This document shows, one piece after another, positions 42,663 to 54,968 of a stretch of DNA of 64,000 bases; position 1 is the first letter of the stretch; each line of letters starts with the position of its first letter. The DNA is from Saccostrea echinata (Eukaryota), in NCBI RefSeq assembly GCF_033153115.1, contig NW_026889750.1, forward strand, positions 41,478,001 through 41,542,000. Direction: 5' to 3'. Position numbers and translations under genes: made by a program. The notes under the pieces were generated by a model. The model searched no databases. It was not told the DNA's origin and saw nothing but the letters and a program-made list of their open reading frames with translations.

Positions 42663-42840
42663 CAGGCTCGTAGTACGGGAGGCATTTTTTTTAAAAGGAA
42701 CGCTGCTTCCCCCTTTTTTGTTGCAGTAAGGTCAAAATCTGAAAATTCTTGCACTGAACAAAAAATTACCGAACAATTAAAGACCAACCCCCCCCCCCCC
42801 CCCCACTCCGAAATAGGATATTGGATTTAGGGCAAAATAT
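42663..42840. mobile_element. Truncated copy of the CAGGC-terminal, poly-C-rich MITE family
   Basis: Starts CAGGCTCGTAG; shares TTGCAGTAAGG and CCCCCC..CGAAATAGGAT with the copies at 53167 and 57730. Confidence 0.55.
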
Positions 42841-42912
42841 AACATCTACAACATTGTGCATTAAGCGAACAATAACACCACTCTGTGTCAGTATACATAA
42901 TGCCTATGTATC

Positions 42913-43216
42913 TGTTTGTTTGTGTGTTTATTGTTTAACGTCCCTCTCGAGAATTTTTCACTCATATGGAGACGCCACCACTTGTCGGTGGATAGCTGCA
43001 AATTTTGACCTATACTCGGCACTTAGGGCCATTGAGCAGTGAGGGATCTTTTTCGTGCCAGAACCTACTGCGAAACGGGACCTCGGTTTATGAGGTCTCA
43101 TTCGAAGGACCGGTCTCGACGTCCCACAGTGAGATTCGAACCCGCGACGTAAGGATCAACTCCTTACTCCGCGACTCTAGAGCGAACGCTCTAACGACTG
43201 CGCCACGCGGGCGACC
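42913..43216 (-). mobile_element. tRNA-derived SINE (MetaSINE-like core), near full length
   Basis: On the - strand: A box TGGCGCAGTCG, B box GGTTCGAATCT, central GGCACGAAAAAGATCCCTCACTGCTCAATGGCC, 3' CCATATGAGTGAAAAATTCTCGAG and an (AAAC)n tail. Confidence 0.85.
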
Positions 43217-43219
43217 CTT

Positions 43220-43930
43220 TGTACATGTATCTGTATCAGTAAATATACATGAACATACATTTGTATCATTGAAAACTAAATTACCCATGTATATGTATTA
43301 GTTTTCCATATTGATCATGTATCAATGTACATATTGTACGTGTATCTATATCAATTTACATATTGTACATGTATCTGTATCAGTTTTCCATATTGATCAT
43401 GTATCTTTATCAGAACACAATCATTTATATCATTGTACATGTACATGTTGTATCTATATCAGTTTACATATTTAACTTGTTGTATCTGTATTAATGTAAA
43501 TATTGTATATGTATTTGTATCAAAGTACATATTGTACATTTACCTGTCTCAATGTACAAAACATAAATGTATCTGTATCAATTTACATATTGCACATGTA
43601 TCTATATGAATACACATATTGTACATGCATCTGTATCAGTTTACATATTGTACATGTATCTGTATCAGTTAACATACTGTACATGTATCTGTATCAATTC
43701 ACATACTGTACATGTATCTATATCAGTTAACATACTGTACATGTATCTACATCAGTTTACATATTGTGCATGTATCTGTATCAGTGTACATACTGTACAT
43801 GTATCAGTTTACATATTGTACATATAGCTGTATATCAGTGAACATTTATGTCATTGTACATATTATGCATATATTTCTATCAGTTTACATATTTTATATG
43901 TATCTGTTAAGTACATGTAAGTACATGTAC
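43220..43930. repeat. 29-bp minisatellite, over 20 degenerate units
   Basis: Consensus CATATTGTACATGTATCTGTATCAGTTTA; the 29-aa periodicity of the overlapping ORFs (87 nt = 3 units) confirms the unit length. Confidence 0.93.
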
Positions 43931-45138
43931 AAGGGATTTTACGGGCAAGACTTGGATTCAAACCCACTATCTGTGATTTTTAGAAAAGCGCTTAATGTCA
44001 ATTAAACCACCGCAAATGAATTTGCCTGTTTTCCACATTCCTCGTCATAATATGCTCTCTCTCTCTACTCATCCACCCCTTGAAATAAAAAACAATCTAG
44101 GCCTACCTGTGACATGCCATTGTACCCCTCAGTTCAAAAGCATTGTCAGGGCACCAAGAGAAAACTAACAGAAAAAGAGAAAAAAAAATTGATGGACCAG
44201 ACTGAATGCGAATCTGGCTCTCCCGACCTCCAGTGCGGTACCTCATCATAGAAAACATACTGCTCGGATGTATCGAACGATAACATGGAGGTTCGCGGTG
44301 CAATGAAAGAGGAGTAACTCTAAATTTCTGCTGGAAACTTAACGCATTCCAATTAAACAACGTACATAAGCGACATATATATAGTAAACATATTCCAAAA
44401 TGGGTACATATACAAGTCATATAAATGCATTTTTATTTATTTTTTTATTTTATTTATTTATTTGTTTGTTATTTATTCATTTTTGTTGATAAAGTCAATG
44501 ACATGAGGTTTAGGCCATCAATTAAAGATGATTTTAATGTAGAACAAAATTTTATCGAATAAGATAATCAAATCCAATAGTATGTTTACTTTTCTATATG
44601 CATATAGCGATTCCCTTTACCAACATTTTTATCAACTTAGGACAATTGAAGAGCATATCTTCGGTAAAACCATACAAAGTTGTCCGGAGGCAGTTCTCAA
44701 ATTTTTATGAAAATTTGTGGACAGGTTTAACTGGTTACACTATCCACAAGTATTATAAATCTCAATATATTTTTTTCGATCAGTTTAATATGGCCACGAA
44801 GAACCACCTACATGTACCAGGTATACATGTAATATGCCCTTTCTGGTCAGATTCCAATTGTATTTCTGAAAAAATTAATATCGCTCTTCTAAGACTTAAA
44901 TTTTACTAACATTTAAAATCTTGCTTAGGTAAACCAAGTGTGCTTGCTAGATAGAAACACCTTTAATCCATTGAAAAATTTCTTAACGATAAAGTACAGG
45001 GGTGGGATGGGGGATTCTTAAAAGTTTGCATTTTGCTAATATTTCACTTCTTGCACAATGTGAGAAGTGAAACTGTTCATATCTTGCAAAGCAATGCTTT
45101 GATTTGAAATGTTATAGTAAAATATAATTGCTGGGACC

Positions 45139-46173
45139 TTTATTGTGTCGCCTGCAGAGCAGAGACTAAGGGATCACTTTACCCGGCGTCTGTCTGTCTA
45201 TCCGTCTGTCACACCCTATCTCAAGAACTGTAAGAGGTATGGATTTGATATTTTGCACATATATTGCATGGCACAATGGCTTTTGAAAACTACCATGGTT
45301 ACCGACCTCGTGAGCTTTAATTTGAACTTGACCTTTGACCTACTTTTCAAAATAGCTTATAGTGCCGATATACAGCATATTTTTGACATTTAAGAGAGAA
45401 GTCTGTGCTATTTAGCATGTGCACTATTTGTCATAAGACAATATGAAAAATACCAGCATTACAATCCACTTGACCTTGACCTTTGACCTACTTTGCACAA
45501 AATATCTCTGCCAGTTTAATTAAACGTATGACTTTTGAATTTTGAGAGGCAGGGTTAAGATAATAAGCATTTATACATGTTTATGAGCTCATGATAGCGT
45601 ACTTTGAAACCGTATGATATTCAGTTACCAGACAAAAAATACAATGAAAATACATCGGGATCGGTATTCAACAATGCATGGTATAGACTGATAATTTCAG
45701 TAAATACAGACTAAAATCTCTTTTTAATGATTATTGGAAACACGTTTAGCTCATGAAAAAGTACTTTGAAACTGTATGATATATTCAGTTACCACAAACT
45801 TTAAATACTATGAAAATACATCGGGATCGGTATTCAACAATGGATCGTGTAGACTGACAATTGTTGTAAAGATAGACTGAAATCTCTTTTTGGGGATTTT
45901 GAAAACACGTATTAATAAAATGTCAAATAGTTATTTCTAATAATTTCAAATTAATTATTCCTTTGAGGGTTATGGGACCATATTTTCTTTGATTGTCAGA
46001 TTCTATCGTAGTCATACTATCCATTGATGCCATTTTTCTTCACAGGCAAATGCATGAACTATCAATCTTTTATGCTCATAGTAAATAAAAAGCTGACCAC
46101 TCTTAGATTTATTAACACCTTTAATGAAGCTATACAAAGCAGGCGACACATGCGTTCCTTGGAACACTCTAGT
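45139..46173. mobile_element. Helentron/DINE-like non-autonomous element
   Basis: Subterminal IR TGTGTCGCCTGC (45144) / GCAGGCGACACA (46139); (GTCT)n microsatellite near the left end; TTGACCTTTGACCT core repeats; internal ~162-bp tandem pair (45586, 45748); right-end hairpin GTTCCTTGGAAC followed by CTAGT. Confidence 0.75.
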
Positions 46174-46843
46174 ATACATTGAACTGAAATATCGTGCTGG
46201 TATTTTAAAAACTAAAGAGATTCATTGAAAATACAATAGTTGCAATTTTTGAGGGAAAATATGCACTTTAAAAAATATTCTTATATTTATGTTTCTATTT
46301 TTCAAAACTATTTTTGGTGTAATTATAGTATTTTTAAAAAGTTTAATCATTCAATAAGTACAAAGAAATTCTGATATCAAATCACATCTATAATGAAGCC
46401 TATCCAGTAGGATCCTTAGCGCATGTAATAGGCTTTTTCGCATTCTGATATCGAGTGTGCATATCTATTTCTATAACCAGCATCTATAATAAAACTTATC
46501 CAATTGGAGCCATAGCACATTTAATAAGCTTTTTCGCCTACTCTAGTAGTGATTTCTTGAACACTTTTAACCAAAAGTTTGTCATGCAATCTTAGTTTAT
46601 ACATGTGTAAACTCAGATTATACAAAAATGATATGTAAATGTTAAAAGTTCCCTTATATGATAAATATGAAAATCATCGAGTTTGTATGGAATATATATA
46701 TATATAGCAAATTTTGAGGTATCTCTTAACAAAAACCACCGGAATAACAACATTCGGATAATATAATAATAATTATTTGGCTATAACTGCACTTCATTTC
46801 ATTTAGATAATTTTAGTTAAAGGTGGTCTTCATATTGAAAATG

Positions 46844-46878
46844 ACTTGAGCCTTCTGCTCAGGTGAGCTAATAAAAAA
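46844..46878. mobile_element. Isolated terminus of a Helentron/pearl-like element
   Basis: ACTTGAGCCTTCTGCTCAGGTGAGCTAATAAAAA (GAGC/GCTC hairpin plus A-run), recognised from memory as a common oyster repeat end. Confidence 0.5.
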
Positions 46879-47494
46879 AGGGTAGGACACTATTTCTGAG
46901 GCAAAAGCGTGTTTGGAGCACGGTGGATGTTTTTCAAACAACCTAAGGAGACAAATCGTTCCTATATACTTTACGTATACAATATATACATTGCTTCGTT
47001 CCACTCCAATGCATTTAATTCGAATAAATAGATATTATATAGTGCTTTGAATTTTTGCTAAACTGGTCTATTTCCGATTACAATCACAACGATTTTAAGG
47101 TAAGTTAATTGGTCACCTAAACCCTAGAAATTGATATCAAAAGTAAAAAAAAAAAATGCCCCGACTCTTAAATCCAGTTAAAGATGGCCAAAACGCTAGA
47201 AAACTGACATTTTTCCAACTTGTATTATTTAGGTGGAAGAATAATTTTTCTTGACATGTACTTAAAGACCAATCAGAATTTTTGTTTAAAATCACTGTGA
47301 CAAAAACCGGAAATAGGGCAGCCTAGCAAAATTCTTAGACCCTTGGAGGTGTAAAAATATCTATTTCTTCGAGTACAAAAGTCATGAAAATCATTCATAC
47401 AATAAACCAAATATATACGATGTTTCATTTGATTCACTATTACCTTTTGTCAATAAACAATTATGTCTACATCATAAACCTTACTCTGTACCCT

Positions 47495-49790
47495 TTAAAC
47501 TTTTATATAGCTTATTCGAAGAAGCTTAAGCAAGTCCATACTTGGATTCTTGAACACCAGAATACAGTCTTGTGTTTGTGACTATGGATGTTGCCAAACA
47601 CAGGTTCTTTAAACCGCCACATGTCACGGGAGATAATTCCGAATCAACCCTTTGATTCCCTAAGCTTAAATTTGCTAATAAAGGTATGGACGCTGTAAAC
47701 ATTTATTTAGCAACATTGTTAATCATAAAAAAGTTCAATCTTGTATTCCATCGTGTTTTAAGTTGGAGTCTACATCTTGCATTACAGATATTCCCCAACC
47801 GTTGCATCCAAAATTTTCAAAAATCTACAGTGCGTATCGACCATCTAAAACAAAACTTTCATATGTGTTCTTGTTCTTCTTCTTTCAACTATATAGTGCA
47901 GCTGGACACATCATTACTGGTGATGTAAGTATAATTTAAAATGACGACCTTAACGATATCGTTTTAAAAATTCCTAAATTTTGGGAGCTTTTCCATCGTT
48001 AACTTTCCTTATCTATGTAGAAATATTCCGCTATAACCTGCATATGGTGTTTACGACTCCCAACCAGGGATGGGGTCAATTACTTTAAAAAGTAATTAAT
48101 TAAATTACAATTACTTTCACTTTTTCTTCAATTAAATTACAATTAAATTACAGGCTTTCTAAGATGTGTAATTAATTAAATTACAATTACTTTACGAAAG
48201 TAATTAATTAAATTACAAATTACATTTTTCGTTTTTTTTGAAAATTTTTATAATTCTTGTCAATGAATATACAGAACATCATTCATCTGTATATAAGCTC
48301 AGCCTCTGCACAAACAATACAAGAAATAATAAGCTATATAAGCATTGTGTATTTTGTGGTTTAATTTATAATTTTTATATACTAAACATTAAAGAACTAT
48401 CTGAGATCAGTTTGATACTCAAAACCTACATGTACATAAATTGCATGGCTTATGATATTTGATTTAAAGAGGGTATTTTAATAGAGTAAATGAGTCGCAA
48501 CTGTAACCCCTCTAATTAAATATTTCCTTTGAAAGTAACCTGAACATCCTAAATTGCTATTTATGGTGAACATTTTTACTTCAAAAATAATAATAGTACA
48601 GAACATAACTTTTTCAGATACAAAATTTATTCATTAAAAATCTCTTTAGATGTTAAAATAATTATCAAATTGAAAGATTTTCTTTTCTAAAGCTAGCAGA
48701 TTTTTAACTGAAATAATTATCACCATTGGCTTTGTCTTCTAAATCATGGAATGAATACCTCTTTAGAGGGGTTGATTTGTTTTGATTGCAATTTACAGCT
48801 GTGATATGGAGGGCAATTATATCTCTTTCCAACAAGAGAGAACTTAATTAATGACACACACAATCTTTTTCTTTATTATTGACCAACAACAAAGATTGAA
48901 ATATAATAAATGTGTGTTTCATGACTGAAAAGTTGGCCTAAGAAGGGTGGTACAAAATTTTGATAAACATAAAATAAAAAATTCAATTTTACACAATGAT
49001 TAGAAAGAAACTAGATTATTATTATGAAGTCCATCATTTATTTGCTCATAAACATTAACTTAAGATTTTGTATAATTGAAGGATTGAGAATATGTTTTAC
49101 AGTAAAATAAAAGACAATAAAATGGGGAGGTAGTGGTGACAATATATCATCAATGTGTATTATATAAAGTAATTGAATGTAATTGGAAAAGTAATTGAAA
49201 TTACAACCTATTTTTATCAGTGTAATTAATTAAATTACAATTACAAGTAATTGAAAAAAATGTTCAATTACAAATTACTTCCAATTACTTCAAAAAATGT
49301 AATTAATTACGATCAATTACAATTACTTTTTTCAATTACCCCATCCCTGCTCCCAACTTATTCGATGCTCAAGAGCATGCTCTAAGTACGATCTATTTTT
49401 AAACCGAGGCGGACTACTAAAAGATAGGTTGATGTTACAGGGATTTCAACGAACTCGTTTAAAGTCAGTATTTCGTAAATACCCCTACTATGGTCGTTGT
49501 ATTGACCTTGTTAGCAAATATGATCCATTTTTGGATCGTGTTTCATAACAATTGTTAGTGGCTTTTGATTTTGTACTTAATTTGATTACGGAATATTCCG
49601 TTTAACTGATCAATACATTGGGCTCACGGCGGGTGTGATCGATCGACTGGGGATGCTTACTCCTCCTGGGCACCTGATCCCACCTCTGGAAATTCCTGGG
49701 GTCCGTGTTTTAGGCCCTGTTCACAGATTTGTATTGTTTGTAGAATTTTTTGTGATCGATAACTATTCGTTATCTTCACCTTTTTCATTT
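47495..49790 (+). mobile_element. Degenerate, internally deleted Penelope-like retroelement (Naiad-type), interrupted by a hAT element
   Basis: Broken frames read LKFANKGMDAVN..HKKVQSCIP..AGHIITGDV, then FSIVNFPYLC.NIP..PAYGVY.SQ|LIR.SRACS..F..RG.LL...LMLQGFQ..RLKS.FRK; GC-rich 3' region at 49621-49710. Confidence 0.75.
48065..49349. mobile_element. Non-autonomous hAT-type DNA transposon, 1285 bp
   Basis: TIR CAGGGATGGGGT / ACCCCATCCCTG; perfect 8-bp TSD CTCCCAAC (48057-48064, 49350-49357); subterminal AATTAC/GTAATT arrays at both ends. Confidence 0.93.
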
Positions 49791-50039
49791 TAATTCCACA
49801 CCCGGAAATCCAACCTATACTCACAGTTCAATTTCAAAAGATCAAAATCGCCTTTCATTTTTGAGTACTTTTTACATTCCAGGCAGTGAAGTGAGTTTGA
49901 TTTACCTTACCTATAATGGATTCCAAAACGTCATAAAAATCCTTACAGAAAAGGTATATTGAAGGGTCCAGTATATGTTCAACCAGTAACCTACCTCTAC
50001 TCCTCAACAAATTATGAACTGGTGTAAAAGAGAAACTTC

Positions 50040-50975
50040 AGACGTATTGTTCTACAACATATTCAAGAAGTGGTGTAAATCAAATATGGATTCTTAAAAA
50101 AAAAAAAAAAAAAAAAACTCGGAAGAACTTTTGGAAAATTTAAAATCTCAAAACTTTTCAAACATCAATAGGATAAAAACATATGACTTTTCTACGCTTT
50201 AGACAACCATTCCTCACGAAAAATCAGGGTTTTTTTTTTTTACATTACAGACAACTGCTTCCTCAATAAACAAGGAAGTCAAAAATTTTCATATAACTTC
50301 GTTTAAAAATCCTTCTGATTCTACACACAAGTACTCTGAAGTTGATATTAAAAAGATGCCGGATCTCCTCATTGACAATATCTACTCGTATGTAGTCTTT
50401 GGAGACTAGGTCTCCCAACAATTTGTTGGAATTTCGATGGGCACTAATTGTGCTCTTTTATCAGTCGACCTGTTTTATATAATTATATTCCTCTGAAGCA
50501 GAATTTTTTTTCGAAAACTTCGTCAAGAAAACTCTTGTTGTGGACTTCAACTCAACATTTAGACATACATGTCTATCGACGATGTTTTATCAAATAACAA
50601 TAGTTACTTTCATATGTCGCCTTGATATATCTCAATGAACTTGAAATAAAAGACACTACGAAGTCTGCCACATCTGTTTCACATTTGGATGTTTTGCTGA
50701 TTATAGACAATAATGGCCAACTAATAACTAAACTGCATGTATGACAAACGGGATGACTTCAGCTTTTCCATCATCAACTTCCCTTATTTATGTGCAATAT
50801 CTTTCAATTTATTCCAACTCAAGAGCATACTCCGAATCAGATCAATTTTTAAACTAAGGCAAACTACTGACAATAATACAATGATTTCAACAGCCCCATT
50901 TAAAGTCAGCTTTACGCAAAATCTACGGTCGTTATTGATGACCTTGTTTGTAGATACAACCTGTCGTTGCATACA
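50040..50975 (+). pseudogene. Penelope-like reverse transcriptase pseudogene fragment
   Basis: YCSTTYSRSGVNQIWILK..KTYDFSTL*TTIPH..QFVGISMGTNCA..FNSTFR[ins]IDDVL..ELEIKDTT..KL[ins]YDKRDDFSFSIINFPYLC, with stops and frameshifts. Confidence 0.85.
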
Positions 50976-50986
50976 AAGAACTTAGA

Positions 50987-51061
50987 TGCAGAACTGTAGC
51001 TCTCCGAAAAAAAAAATGACAGACCGGTCTGTCATTTTTTTCGGAGAGCTACAGTTCTGCA
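50987..51061. repeat. 75-bp near-perfect palindrome without a spacer
   Basis: TGCAGAACTGTAGCTCTCCG(A10)TGACAGACC|GGTCTGTCA(T7)CGGAGAGCTACAGTTCTGCA; the arms differ only in homopolymer length. Confidence 0.9.
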
Positions 51062-51829
51062 GCTAACAAAGAACTGCGGAGACACTCACACGTCAATATT
51101 TTGCAGTTTACAAAATCCTTTAGAGGAAAAAATCTAATGAAAAAGAACATTCTAACCCAGTCTTTGTTTCTAAAGGGTGAAAGAGTTTGTCCAACCGATT
51201 CCATTGTTTTATTGTGTGTGTGTGTGTGTGGGGGGGGGGGGGGGATCAGTTTGACGTAATGCAAGGAATAAACCTTTAATGATTCATAAGAATTGGCTGG
51301 GAAGTTATACTGAGAAAAAAGATTTTATTCTCCTTGTTTTCGTGGCAACAGTGACCATTTAGAAAAAAATTGTATGTCGAATGACAACTACCGGTAGACT
51401 TTTACTGTGAAGTTACGATAAGATTTTTCAAGTCATCTGCAAAATATTGGAGGTGGAGCAACATAACTAAAACTGTCCAAAATGGACAAATAACCCCCGC
51501 TGGGTTTTTCAGAAAAGGTACCAAGTCACTTAAAAGTATTTTAAAGATCAAGGAGCTGTTCACAATTTGTTTAAACATTAAGAGTGAAAATTTAACTGCT
51601 CATTGTATTTTTTAAAGAATGATGAACAAAGCTGCAGCCAAATAAAACATCAAAATACTGATAATCATGTTTTTTAAATTAGAAAAAAATTAAATGCAAC
51701 TATCTGTCATCTGTGTGAGACATGACATTCTGTAATTTGTTTGCTCATATATAAAAAATAAATAAATATATCATATTATACAATATCAAATTAGTATTTA
51801 CCGGTATACCAAATTAATTTTGAAAATAA

Positions 51830-52521
51830 AGGCCTATTTACACGGTATGATTTGTAAGATGTGACTCGCCACATCTTACAAATCATACCGTGTAAATAGG
51901 GAAATCATAAGCCAGATATGAAGTCAGATGGAGTCAGATGGAATAGAGACATGTTCTATTCTGTCTGGCAAGTCAGATGGTTTCAACCAATCATAAGAAA
52001 GGTCATAAAGGTTGATCTAAATTAGGTACTATTAACATGTGGATTTTTCCCGAACTTTTGCTCCAGATTAATTTTAAGATTAATGTGATATCTTACATGG
52101 CCAAATCTTGGGGGAATTTTTCATTCCATGTACTCGAATTGATAATGGCAGGAAAGTGAAACTGAACAAACAGATTGATTAAAAAATCATACTCAGAAGT
52201 AAATTTGTCTGAAAAAATGAAACCATTTGGGTTTTCCGTGGCCAATTCTTTACTTATTGCATAATATGCACCATGTCCTAACCAAGGTCTTGCCCATGTT
52301 CTTCTGTGTTCAATTGGCAAATAGCTGCTATCATTAGGAAATGGAAAGGTAGTATGTAATTGCCGTTTTCCATTCTTAAATTGTAAACAATAAGAAATTT
52401 GGAGGGAAATATTAATGAACTACATATCTGACAAATCATACAATGTAAATGAAACACTGGAGTCAGATGTGAAATCACATCTGAAATCACATCTTACAAG
52501 TCAGACCGTGTAAATAGGCCT
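51830..52521. mobile_element. PIF/Harbinger-type MITE, 692 bp
   Basis: TIR AGGCCTATTTACACGG / CCGTGTAAATAGGCCT; TAA TSD on both sides; internal (A)GTCAGATG repeats. Confidence 0.9.
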
Positions 52522-53166
52522 TAAAAGATCCAGTAACTATTTATTTAATCTGACAGACTTGCAATTAAGAGAGTTAGAGTCCAAATTTTCAATTCTTCTG
52601 CCCATTTCCCACGAGATATAGATAGCACCTGTTTGATCAGAGATGTTCAGCTTCCCACATTGAACTCATTCATTATAATGCATGTCCACTCATTACTCCC
52701 AAGGGACAAATGGATTTACACTATCTGCTGTGTGATGCACTGTAAATTTTAAGTCTGCTTTTTTATAGTACAATATGAATGCATATTTATGTCACTACTG
52801 TTAGAAACAAAGATTTTTTTTGTAAATTTGTTACAAGCTTTATATAATGGGAAAAAAATTGTGTAATCTTGATAAAACATTTTTACTGCATAACTCTTAG
52901 ATTTGTAGGGACTATCTATCTTAAAACTTTGTCGAATACTTGGTATTTTTTTTTAAAGTTTCAATGACCTATTTTTAAGCTGCAATTTACATTTTTCTAC
53001 AAATGTACCAATTGCAGTTTCTTTTCTATGTCTCAAATCGATTCCAATAGACCCCCCTAAAATTTGTTTGCGGGGGGTATAATAACTCCCACCTCTGCCG
53101 GGGTGACATAATAAAACGTTATGAAAATTCAAACACCATATATAGAGACAGAGATATCTGATCTTT

Positions 53167-53411
53167 CAGGCCTGAAGAACGCATGCAGGGGGAGGGGGCG
53201 CCCCCTTTTTTGGGTATAATATTTTGCTGTAGTAACTTTTCCTTCATATGCTGGTTGCCCCCCCCCCCCCTCCACTTTTTTTTGCAGTAAGGACGAGCAC
53301 TGTCAAATTCCAGGATTTGGACGGTTAAATAGGTTTTTTTTTTGCTTGTCAGATTGTTTTTGGGAAGTTGCCGCCCCCATCCCCACTTTTGAAACCGTTG
53401 CTACGGGCCTG
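53167..53411. mobile_element. MITE with CAGGC..GCCTG termini and a 5-bp TSD
   Basis: TCTTT|CAGGCC ... GCTACGGGCCTG|TCTTT; poly-C/G tracts. Confidence 0.8.
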
Positions 53412-54398
53412 TCTTTGATTATGTTGTGCTACAATCTCTTGACTTCTCAGATGGGGAGAAGACTAAACATAAGACTGCAGAAATACCAAAATGTGGTATT
53501 GAATACAGGAACCAGGCTCACTAGACGAGATTTATTTTAACATCATTAGATGTACAGTGTAGATGTTTAGTGAGATACATTGTATAGCAGTCTGCTATGT
53601 GTTGAAAATCATTAATCACAACCAGCAGAAGATGAAAAGGAAGATTTTCCTACAAACAGTCTTGCGCAATCTTTCTTTAATTCTCTCCATACATAAAAAA
53701 GAAACATGAGTATTTGAAATTTATTTTTTTTAGCATTTTCAAAAATGGAAGACTTGGTTGTTCACTAGATTTTGTGTTAACAACATCATTGATTTTAGAT
53801 AGAATCCAAAGTCACTTATACCGATTTCCTTTAACTGTCGGATCAGAGGCAAGATTATAAAGACAGAAAAATATAAATTTGTAAGGACATTTGTAAACAA
53901 TATTATACTTCAGGTATAAGGAAACAAAACAATTTGACAAAAAATGTGAAAAACTTCTTAATACTGATTGTTTTTTTTTTTTCAAAATAAAAGTTCATGG
54001 ACATTTTGTCATGTGTAGCAAGCAATAAGTCGACATAAAATACGAAAGAAAAAATAGAGTATAGATATATTATAAGTTTATGGTTCATAATAAAAATATA
54101 AGCTATGATATTCAATAAAAATAGAGAAAAAATTGAGTATTCAGATTGGCATAAAAATAATTATAATACAGATTGTGATCTAAGGACAAATAAAGATTGC
54201 AGATTTACAACATAAAAAAGAACAGAACAATGTGACAAAATACATCATACATACGTGTATTGAGAGACAGAGACTTTCAGTGATCTGCTAGTGGCATTCA
54301 TTCCAAAATAATTCACAATTAATGAACAAACATTAAAGTTATTAGCTAAAACAGCAGAAAGCTAAAATTATCGCCTTGAAAGACTCTGGTGATTCTAC

Positions 54399-54442
54399 TC
54401 AGATCTGGTCTCCATCTTCTTTTCGTTCCACTCTGTTCAATA
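54399..54442 (-). CDS. IGFBP-Kazal-Ig protein, exon 4 (C-terminus)
   Basis: Acceptor TTTTTCCAG|TA, phase 1; encodes VLNRVERKEDGDQI then TGA. Confidence 0.7.
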
Positions 54443-54794
54443 CTGGAAAAAATTTAAGTACAAAATATTGTATATTTCCGAATTCACAAATTGCAACGCT
54501 TTAGGACTAAAAGTACCCTAAACCTTCAGTGCTTTTGTTTTAATCTCTGAAGGGAACCCCATATTTCCATATTTTTGGAACAACTTATTTATGACATTCT
54601 CATTGATAGTGTGTATTTTCAGTAACAAGTAAGCCTTAGTTAGTCTTTAAAGTCGGTTTATGAATAGATTAATAGGTTAGACACGTCATTTTGTTGCTCG
54701 TACATTACACATTTGAGCAGAGTTAGTATAACATTGAAAATTTTGTTGTTTGCCAGCAAAACACGAAGTCCATATATTGGTGAAAATTTCCTAC

Positions 54795-54968
54795 CTTTCT
54801 CGTGAATCTTAATCCTCCCAGTCTTTTTGTCTGATCCCAGCTTGTTGTGGGCCACACAAATGTAGTAACCCTCGTGGTGCTTGCTGGCCTGTTCCACCTG
54901 AAGCCACCCCGTCACCTGGTACTTTTCGGGACCACCCCGGGATACAGTGGAGACCGACATGTCGTCTC
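54795..54968 (-). CDS. IGFBP-Kazal-Ig protein, exon 3 (Ig domain, second half)
   Basis: Acceptor TTGTAG|GA, donor AAAG|GTAGGA; GDDMSVSTVSRGGPEKYQVTGWLQV..EGYYICVAHNKLG. The RGGP..VTGW motif is typical of the IGFBP7 family. Confidence 0.93.

Noticed and set aside
43120-43216. tRNA gene
   Set aside because: A/B boxes belong to a SINE head; no complete cloverleaf. The same applies to 42382-42479.
43220-43930. CRISPR-like array
   Set aside because: Head-to-tail units with no unique spacers, no cas genes, eukaryotic context.
43503-44005. Three overlapping Cys/Tyr-rich ORFs
   Set aside because: Translations of the 29-bp minisatellite.
46879-47342. Possible TIR element (GGGTAGGACACTATTTC ... GAAATAGGGCAGCCTAG..AGACCCTT)
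   Set aside because: Inverted similarity is too partial and there is no clear TSD.
50737-50985. 82-aa ORF MYDKRDDF... as a host gene
   Set aside because: Fragment of a decayed Penelope-like RT; its ATG is created by a 4-bp insertion.
21800-54000. A second, head-to-head Zic paralog as in vertebrate Zic1/4 and Zic2/5
   Set aside because: No further C2H2 or Zic motifs in any listed ORF in this region.
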